64,000 bases of DNA from Candidatus Moraniibacteriota bacterium (GTDB lineage Bacteria > Patescibacteriota > Minisyncoccia > Moranbacterales > UBA1568): contig CP064975.1 in the NCBI GenBank assembly GCA_016699425.1, positions 590,098 through 654,097 on the forward strand. The letters are read 5' to 3'. Made by a program: the position numbers and the translations under genes. Of this stretch, positions 57,304-64,000 are shown piece by piece. Position 1 is the first letter of the stretch, and each line of letters begins with the position of its first letter. Under the pieces are notes generated by a model. The model saw nothing but the letters and a program-made list of their open reading frames with translations, made no database searches and was not told where the DNA came from.

Positions 57304-59484
57304 CTATTTTATAATCCTCACCGCCCCATTATCTGTCACAGCACCAGAACTTCGTTCGGGGCTGGACTCCGCTTTGTTTTCACCGTCACCGAAAGCCACT
57401 CCGCTTTTCGCACTGGACGCTCTTTCAAGGATCATCACCACCCCATGATCCGCATCCACCTCGACGAGGTCGCCATCGTGGAGGACCTGCGTCGCGATCT
57501 TGGTCCCGATGATGCAGGGTTTCTTCATCTCCCGTGCGACGATGGCCGCGTGACACATGATACCGCCCTCATCAGTAATTATAGCGCCACACTTATGTAT
57601 TAGCGGCAAAAGAGAGGGATTTGAATTTATAGAAACCAAGATATCTCCCATGTTAAATTCTTTCTTCTCGTCGATTGAATACACGATACGCGCAATCCCC
57701 TTCACATTCCCCTGAAATACGGTCTGCCCTCGTACCCCATCGTGATCATCGACATGTTCGAGTGTTGCTATTACCGCAGCTGGATCTGAAACAAATGAAA
57801 CATTTTCGGCACCATCGAGAACCTGATAAACAAAGAATTTTCTTCTGTGAGATAGACTCATACGTTGGCTTGCGACCTCAGCGGCACCAGAGAGTAGTTC
57901 TTGCAAGGTCATGTAAGGAAGAACCGAGGGGTCAAGCCCACGCGCATGTAATTCCTCCTCAGCAAGAGGAATAATAACTTGAGAGACAAGATTCGGGTAT
58001 AAAGATACTGAACGAATATCTTCTGCCAATGTGAGGAGTTGTGTATCTTGATACGTTATATCTTCTGAGAAAGCGATAACCCAATATGGAAGAATGGTGG
58101 CTCGGAGAGAAAGACAAATCAGAAAATCCATCGCACTTGCAATGTCCACGAACTTCATTTCTCCTGAGAGATACTTTTTCGCCTCTTGATTTAAGAGTAC
58201 CCCCTCCTCAAGAAATACTATTACTTGTTGTTCATTCTGTTCGCATAACGTTTTGACATACCGCTTGTGGTCTTCTAACTCATCGTACTTTCTGTAGTTT
58301 CTCGCAACGCCAGTTACCTGTTCTATAAATAGGGCGTTCTTCATTTGTGAACCCAGAACCTTGAGAGTCTCTGGCGAGTTATACCACTCCTGCCAAAGCG
58401 ATGCGCCAAATAGCGTAAATGGACGCGTGAGGTAATGTGTCCAATGAGTATCTTTGTTATAGAGTGCATCTGAAACTCGCTCAATCACCCGCACCACCCC
58501 CCGATCTGCATCGACTTCGACCAGATCGCCATCGTGCAAGACCTGCGTCGCGATCTTGGTCCCGATGATACAGGGTTTCTTCATTTCCCGCGCGACGATG
58601 GCGGCGTGACAGGTGATGCCACCTTCATCGGTGACGAAGGCAATCGCTCTTTTCATAATAGGGAGAAAAGTCGGTATCGTCATCGGACTGACCAGCACCT
58701 CACCATCCCGGAAAGACTTCATATCCTCGTTTTTTATCACCCGCCGCACCCGACCCCTCACCACTCCGAAGCAGGCGACCTGTCCGGGAAATTCGCTCAT
58801 ATCTGATACGTCAACGCTTTCTTCGAGTCGAAAATCAAATTTCACCTGCAATTCATCAAACTCCGACGACGACGTCAACATATCATCCACCAATATAAGT
58901 TTCTCTTTTTTTCGTAAGGCAAGTGACGATAGTGAGGGAATATTTCCGGATGACACCTCCTCTAACATAAGGAAATCGGACTGCGATCCAAAATCTGGAT
59001 ATCGAGTTCTCAGTATCGTACGAACATGATTGAAAGCCTGATACTCAAATTGGTCTATCCCCTTCCGGAACCGAAAGGCGAGATCTCTGTCCTCTTCGCT
59101 GAATCGTTTATCCGAAGGGATATGGAGCGCTACGTATAATGAGTCCCAAGCCTCCAGAAGAAAATCTATGAATGTCATGAATTCCTTCTGACTCAGATCC
59201 GTACGCATACACAGGTTCCTCAAATCTTGAATTTTTTCTTGCGCCTGAAGAAAAAGACTTTCCACATACGCTGGGTTCTCGATGATTTTTTTCAGGAGGA
59301 TAGCATTGATTTCGCCATTCAATGCCGGGTGACGATACGCATCCCATACACCATTCCGAAAGATGCAGATGTTTCGAGGAAAAATATCAATTTTCGTGCC
59401 GAAAAAAGAGCGATACCGCTTCCCCCATATCTGGAGGAGGAGTAAGGGAAAATCCCTCGTATATATTTTCGGGAGGATAATCAT
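57304..59484 (-). CDS. PEP-utilising-enzyme mobile domain protein, paralog 3 (two swivel domains)
   Basis: Internal domain …GEVLVSPMTIPTFLPIMKRAIAFVTDEGGITCHAAIVAREMKKPCIIG… and C-terminal domain …GDILVSINSNPSLLPLIHKCGAIITDEGGIMCHAAIVAREMKKPCIIG…. Confidence 0.8.
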   Translation of the reverse strand: MIILPKIYTRDFPLLLLQIWGKRYRSFFGTKIDIFPRNICIFRNGVWDAYRHPALNGEINAILLKKIIENPAYVESLFLQAQEKIQDLRNLCMRTDLSQKEFMTFIDFLLEAWDSLYVALHIPSDKRFSEEDRDLAFRFRKGIDQFEYQAFNHVRTILRTRYPDFGSQSDFLMLEEVSSGNIPSLSSLALRKKEKLILVDDMLTSSSEFDELQVKFDFRLEESVDVSDMSEFPGQVACFGVVRGRVRRVIKNEDMKSFRDGEVLVSPMTIPTFLPIMKRAIAFVTDEGGITCHAAIVAREMKKPCIIGTKIATQVLHDGDLVEVDADRGVVRVIERVSDALYNKDTHWTHYLTRPFTLFGASLWQEWYNSPETLKVLGSQMKNALFIEQVTGVARNYRKYDELEDHKRYVKTLCEQNEQQVIVFLEEGVLLNQEAKKYLSGEMKFVDIASAMDFLICLSLRATILPYWVIAFSEDITYQDTQLLTLAEDIRSVSLYPNLVSQVIIPLAEEELHARGLDPSVLPYMTLQELLSGAAEVASQRMSLSHRRKFFVYQVLDGAENVSFVSDPAAVIATLEHVDDHDGVRGQTVFQGNVKGIARIVYSIDEKKEFNMGDILVSINSNPSLLPLIHKCGAIITDEGGIMCHAAIVAREMKKPCIIGTKIATQVLHDGDLVEVDADHGVVMILERASSAKSGVAFGDGENKAESSPERSSGAVTDNGAVRIIK

Positions 59485-60551
59485 ACTCTTTGTACTATCC
59501 TCACCACCCCGTGGTCCGCATCCACTTCCACTAGATCACCATCATGAAGGACTTGCGTCGCGACTCCGGTGCCGACAATACATGGGAGATCAAGTTCTCG
59601 GGCAGTTATCGCGGCATGCGAGAGCAACCCACCGACATCAGTCACCACGGCACTTGCTTTCTTGAACGCATCCATGAGATACGGATCAGTCGTGGTTGAA
59701 ACGAGCACATCTCCCTTATTCATTTCGTTTATTGTGCGGCGGGTTTTCTCAGGATCACCATAATCCCGTATGATAATTTTCACCTTGCCTCTCACTTTCC
59801 TCCCAGAATCATGCGCAACTTTTCCAGAAATCTCTGAGGCCTCGTCCTGGCCGTTCTTCGCATAAAACTGCTTTGCAAATTCTATTGCACGTTCGCCGGA
59901 GAAAAATCTATTGTTATCTTCAGAGATTTCAAAAACAAACGTCTGTCGCGCATCAATTTCCGCCTGCGAGACCCGCACACCATCAAACAACTGCCTCAGT
60001 TCCTCAATTCGATAGTACTGCAGCATTGTTTCTGGCATACTCAAACACTCGGATGTCTTCCGAACTAAAGTGCCAAGGTACCCGTCAGCATGGAAAAACG
60101 TCGGGTCGACATCCGCCCGAAGTTTATTTTTGCATTGCTGAACTATCGCTATTTTTTTGGCCGCTTGAGGATCGTCTGCCGCCGCGACAGAGACACGATC
60201 CCACGCGTACGGATCAAAAACAAAGTAGCTGTGACAAAATTTCGCGAGCATCTTTTCCATGTGTCCTGCGTCCTGTTTCGAGAAGTTTCTTTTTGTTGCA
60301 AACGTCGTCAGCTCAGCATTCATCGTCGCGATTGTCTGCTCTGTCTCTCTCACGATTGCCTCCAATTCGTCTGGCTGCAGAGCCATCCCGCGCTCGGCCA
60401 TTGTTTCAAGCGTCTTCGCTGACGTAAAAACTCTTTTACCACCGTTCTGCGAGATAGTTACCGTCCCGACAGGATCGTAATAGATATTAACGATACTTTC
60501 GAAAAACAGCGTTGTTCCTTTTGATTCAAAGGTAAATGTATACTCACTCAT
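59481..60551 (-). CDS. PEP-utilising-enzyme mobile domain protein, paralog 4
   Basis: C-terminal GDVLVSTTTDPYLMDAFKKASAVVTDVGGLLSHAAITARELDLPCIVGTGVATQVLHDGDLVEVDADHGVV. Start set at MSEYTF, which gives an ATGA overlap with paralog 5; the track ORF extends to 60695. Confidence 0.75.
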   Translation of the reverse strand: MSEYTFTFESKGTTLFFESIVNIYYDPVGTVTISQNGGKRVFTSAKTLETMAERGMALQPDELEAIVRETEQTIATMNAELTTFATKRNFSKQDAGHMEKMLAKFCHSYFVFDPYAWDRVSVAAADDPQAAKKIAIVQQCKNKLRADVDPTFFHADGYLGTLVRKTSECLSMPETMLQYYRIEELRQLFDGVRVSQAEIDARQTFVFEISEDNNRFFSGERAIEFAKQFYAKNGQDEASEISGKVAHDSGRKVRGKVKIIIRDYGDPEKTRRTINEMNKGDVLVSTTTDPYLMDAFKKASAVVTDVGGLLSHAAITARELDLPCIVGTGVATQVLHDGDLVEVDADHGVVRIVQRV

Positions 60552-63061
60552 AGTGATGCCCGTTGAATCACCCGCACCACCCCATGATCCGCATCGACCT
60601 CCACCAAGTCGCCATCGTGGAGGACCTGGGTCGCGATCTTGGTGCCGATAATACAGGGCTTTTTCATCTCTCTCGCGATGATTGCGGCGTGACAAGTGAT
60701 ACCCCCCTCGTCGGTAACAAACGCTGCAGCGCGCTGCATTGCTGGAACGTAATCGGGAGTAGTCATCGCAGTAATCAATATCTCACCTGCTTGTATAAGT
60801 AAGATATCGGCCTTTCTATGAAGTATCCGTGCTCTACCCTGAATTTTCCCTCTCGTAGCAGTCTGCCCCTTCAGCGTCCCCGTATCACTCCCCGGACTCA
60901 CACAGTCCTCCGTGATTTCAATATGAGCGCTCTTTAGAAATTGAATCAGAGTTCTGTCTGTATATATTTCCCTATCGTAATAGAGGAAATGCCTCTTTCG
61001 GTTCTTCAGAGCTGTAATAGTAGGAAACATATCATCTCCCCGTACCTCTTCAATTCGAATATATTTTACGAGGTCACCCAGTTCAGGATACAGAACACCC
61101 AAAGTGCGCTGAAACACATGATCTATCTCTTCCAAAAAATCAGAAGCCCGCTCACGCATACTCATCGCGAGCCGCTTATCGTCAACACTTGCCTGATCCA
61201 TTAGCGGAACAACATATGAGATATCCAAGCCACACCAGGCGTCCAAAGCCCGCTCATAGAATTCTAAAAGTTTTTCTCTACTTTGCAGCGGTCGCCCCAC
61301 TTTCCATACGGGCTCAAGATAATCTAGGATCTCCCCATACCAATGCATGGTCTTGGTGATAAAACCAGAATCCCTAAGCGTCTTCTTTATAATATTTGCT
61401 TCATAATCAATAAATGTCAGCTCATGATAATAGACATGAGCGACACCCTCATGAGCATCGAAAAGAATCGGACGATCAGCCCAATTCAATAATTCTGCAA
61501 TTGTTTTCGTCTGATGCTCCTCCCATACCTGAAACGCGAGTAGGCAATTCTCTCGCGTATATACTCTTTCGTACTTAGTCTGGGCATCGACATTATCCAC
61601 AGATAGCATCGTGTCCGATCGGCCTTGACCCTCTTCAACCACACCCCCCACTCGCTCAATCACCCGTACCACCCCCCGATCCGCATCGACCTCCACCAAG
61701 TCGCCGTCATGGAGCACCTGGGTGACGACTCCGGTGCCGACAATACACGGCACTTCCAGTTCCCGAGAGACGATCGCGGCATGTGAGGTAAGTCCGCCGG
61801 AATCCGTGACGATAGCCACTGCTCGGCGCATCGCAAAGATATATTCCGGGCTCGTCATCGGTGCCACGAGTACCTCTCCTGGCAACAGCCTATCCGATTG
61901 GTGGGGATCGAGCAGAATCCTCACCCGACCCGTAGCGAAACCTTTACTAGCAACGATACCGCTTATTTCCCGTTCGTCCCCTGAGGCCTCCTGATTTGAA
62001 TAGAGCTCAAAGTACTTTCTCGACTCGTCCGCATTCAAGAGCGTCCTCGTATTTGTAATATATTCGGCAAAACCTTTCTTCCGTTCTTCGATCTGTTCCG
62101 TGTAATCTATCCCAGTAAACGTCTCTGCGATTTCCTCGAAAGAAAAATTCAAGAGATCATCCTTCCGCCATCCTTTTCGACGAATCACCTCATCCAGCAA
62201 CATATTCTTATAATGCAGGTACCGGAGAATGTTCTCTTTCCGATTATCCTGCCAGAGAACACTCGATCCGATTGCCTTCCCGATAGACATGATTTCTTCT
62301 GGCAAGGAATATTTCCCCCGTACGTCGTCTTTGTTTCGTTGTACCTCGACTATCCTCAGACGTGACTTCTCTCGGAGACCAGGAAGCAGATTCTTCTTCC
62401 GCTCAATAAAAAACGACTGTGGCAAAGCTTCAACCTGAGAATAACTGTTTCCAATCCAATAATACTGCCTCTGGTGTTCCGCGATATCATCCGTTTCGGC
62501 GAGTCGCATCTCCTCTTCCTGATAGAACGAGATTTCCTCTGGCGCAGTGAGAACTTCCATGAGCGTCGGTATCGAGTCGACCGATGCCCCCAAATAACCC
62601 TTCAGTTTATCCTCGAGAAGTCTGTCGGCACCGTAATTACAAAGCTCGGGAATGAGCCCGGGGGTGATGAAACCGATGATTGCTCGGTGGAGCTCATTCC
62701 AACGGGCTATCAGATCCTCATCAGAGAGGCCCCCTACTCCGCTACCGTCGAGACGCCCCTCAATCCGGACGAGCTGGTCAAGCATCTGCTGATAGTCTCC
62801 TCGAATACGCTGCTCTTTTCCATTCAAGAATATATCCATGAAGGCAGCGCTCCCCTGTTTTCGCAAGGCGTCGAATTCATTCACCCACAAGATAGTGTGG
62901 TCGTTATAGAAAGCCAGTGCGGGCGGCCACATGTACTCGGGGTATTTTTTCTCAAATACTCCTCCACCCATCATCAGATTGAAGTCGCTCTGGTAGAAAT
63001 ACCGTAGCGGTGCCGGACCCCACTTGAACAATTCCACATGTGGATCAATGGGTATCTCCAT
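60548..63061 (-). CDS. PEP-utilising-enzyme mobile domain protein, paralog 5 (two swivel domains)
   Basis: Internal domain …GEVLVAPMTSPEYIFAMRRAVAIVTDSGGLTSHAAIVSRELEVPCIVG… and C-terminal domain …GEILITAMTTPDYVPAMQRAAAFVTDEGGITCHAAIIAREMKKPCIIG…. Confidence 0.8.
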   Translation of the reverse strand: MEIPIDPHVELFKWGPAPLRYFYQSDFNLMMGGGVFEKKYPEYMWPPALAFYNDHTILWVNEFDALRKQGSAAFMDIFLNGKEQRIRGDYQQMLDQLVRIEGRLDGSGVGGLSDEDLIARWNELHRAIIGFITPGLIPELCNYGADRLLEDKLKGYLGASVDSIPTLMEVLTAPEEISFYQEEEMRLAETDDIAEHQRQYYWIGNSYSQVEALPQSFFIERKKNLLPGLREKSRLRIVEVQRNKDDVRGKYSLPEEIMSIGKAIGSSVLWQDNRKENILRYLHYKNMLLDEVIRRKGWRKDDLLNFSFEEIAETFTGIDYTEQIEERKKGFAEYITNTRTLLNADESRKYFELYSNQEASGDEREISGIVASKGFATGRVRILLDPHQSDRLLPGEVLVAPMTSPEYIFAMRRAVAIVTDSGGLTSHAAIVSRELEVPCIVGTGVVTQVLHDGDLVEVDADRGVVRVIERVGGVVEEGQGRSDTMLSVDNVDAQTKYERVYTRENCLLAFQVWEEHQTKTIAELLNWADRPILFDAHEGVAHVYYHELTFIDYEANIIKKTLRDSGFITKTMHWYGEILDYLEPVWKVGRPLQSREKLLEFYERALDAWCGLDISYVVPLMDQASVDDKRLAMSMRERASDFLEEIDHVFQRTLGVLYPELGDLVKYIRIEEVRGDDMFPTITALKNRKRHFLYYDREIYTDRTLIQFLKSAHIEITEDCVSPGSDTGTLKGQTATRGKIQGRARILHRKADILLIQAGEILITAMTTPDYVPAMQRAAAFVTDEGGITCHAAIIAREMKKPCIIGTKIATQVLHDGDLVEVDADHGVVRVIQRASL

Positions 63062-63064
63062 ACC

Positions 63065-64000
63065 TTAATCTTGTTGACTCCAATCTTCTTTTCTTTTCCG
63101 AGAAAATACTTCGAGATCTTGTAGCATCTCTTCCAAACTCTTTTTCATAGCAACGACTTGATCACGATACTTCACCACGATCTGTTCCTCATGAAATTCT
63201 ATCTCTGTTGATTCCAAGAAATTTCTGAAGGTGCTCCCAAATTCCTCAAAGCTTTTCAGATTCAGCTCCTTGCCCATAAGAGCCATGGTAGCAAAGTCGC
63301 TGTAAAAATCATGCGTTATATTCACCACTTTCGTAAGCTGATGAGGAAAGTAGCGCTCAGCAAGGTCATGCATTCTTTTTATGGAAAGAATATAATTCCT
63401 GGCGAAATCTTCCGGCGTCAGGACAAAATCCCCCGAATAGAGAACTTCGGTATCAATACCCGGAACCTTCTTAGTGATCTCATCTTTCATCTGTTGCTGT
63501 TCCTCACTTGATGCCAACCAGAATTTTCCAGTCAGCTCTTCATCTCCATCGAACATCTGGAGATACTTTTTGAAAGCCGGGAGAGCAAGGTTGGTTTCTG
63601 TATAGCCCAAAAGAGTCTGCGGCGTAGCATCGGTAATAACAAACTTGTTATCAAAATTTCCTTTCGCCTGCTCGAGCGAATCACGAGAACGCTCTGCATC
63701 TGAGAGGGATATAAATCGAACATGTTCATTGCCCTGGTAATGTTCTTTCAGCTCCCGCTCGAAAATATCCCTCGTTAGAACATTGCGTGGAACAATCGAA
63801 GGAACGATGATCATCACTGACCCCATCGGCATCGCTTCAAGCTCCGAAATAAGCTCTTTCGCTTTCAATTTTGCCGCTTCCCTACCTTCTTCGGTAGGCT
63901 GAAAATCCTTGTCTCTTGGCAAGTGGCGCATCAAGGCAACTTTACGCTTTGCCTCTGCTGATTCTTCATTAGAAGGATTACCCTCCACTGGTGGCGTAAA
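63065..64000 (-). CDS. histidine-phosphatase-like protein with variant RHL motif; may continue past the window end
   Basis: …KVALMRHLPRDKDFQPTEEGREAAKLKAKEL… aligns with the RHGKR…LTPEGR segment of 53890-54849. The ORF is still open at 64000 (GTG at 63986-63988 is only a possible start). Its 3' end lies 3 nt upstream of paralog 5. Confidence 0.5.
   Translation of the reverse strand, partial: FTPPVEGNPSNEESAEAKRKVALMRHLPRDKDFQPTEEGREAAKLKAKELISELEAMPMGSVMIIVPSIVPRNVLTRDIFERELKEHYQGNEHVRFISLSDAERSRDSLEQAKGNFDNKFVITDATPQTLLGYTETNLALPAFKKYLQMFDGDEELTGKFWLASSEEQQQMKDEITKKVPGIDTEVLYSGDFVLTPEDFARNYILSIKRMHDLAERYFPHQLTKVVNITHDFYSDFATMALMGKELNLKSFEEFGSTFRNFLESTEIEFHEEQIVVKYRDQVVAMKKSLEEMLQDLEVFSRKRKEDWSQQD

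Noticed and set aside
1-64000. CRISPR arrays, rRNA genes, integrase/prophage genes
   Set aside because: No short regularly spaced direct repeats, no rRNA-like sequence, and no tyrosine or serine recombinase ORFs were seen. The only clear mobile element is the IS at 29132-30334.

Overview
This 64-kb window has the gene content of a small-genome, Patescibacteria/CPR-like bacterium, mostly on the minus strand. Housekeeping genes include an rseP fragment, frr, serS, lysS, greA, the mreB-mreC-mreD-PBP2 operon, ispH, ribH, ribE, separate riboflavin kinase and FMN adenylyltransferase genes, and an archaeal-type Asp/Asn-tRNA synthetase. A ~12-kb polysaccharide locus (14.2-26.0 kb) carries five GT4 glycosyltransferases, a Wzz-like protein, an epimerase and a methyltransferase. 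There are two tRNA genes (Lys-UUU, Val-CAC), each surrounded by degenerate tRNA fragments and GC-rich palindromic insertions; the Lys locus also carries a GIY-YIG nuclease ORF that overlaps the tRNA. A 1203-bp IS1-family-like IS with 9-bp target duplications and a candidate A5C -1 frameshift site interrupts a secreted M23-peptidase/CARDB gene. That gene belongs to a twice-occurring module: membrane-anchored protein, secreted peptidoglycan hydrolase with CARDB-like tail, and a conserved 62-bp 3' element. The most unusual region is 51.8-64 kb: five tandem paralogous genes encoding seven PEP-synthase-type phosphohistidine swivel domains (invariant CHAAI/SHAAI His) with divergent N-terminal regions and near-identical 3' ends, interleaved with four histidine-phosphatase (PGAM/SixA-like) genes, two of them with altered RHG motifs. 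No nucleotide-binding partner is present in the locus, so the phosphate donor is unknown. No rRNA, CRISPR array, FMN riboswitch or T-box leader was found.
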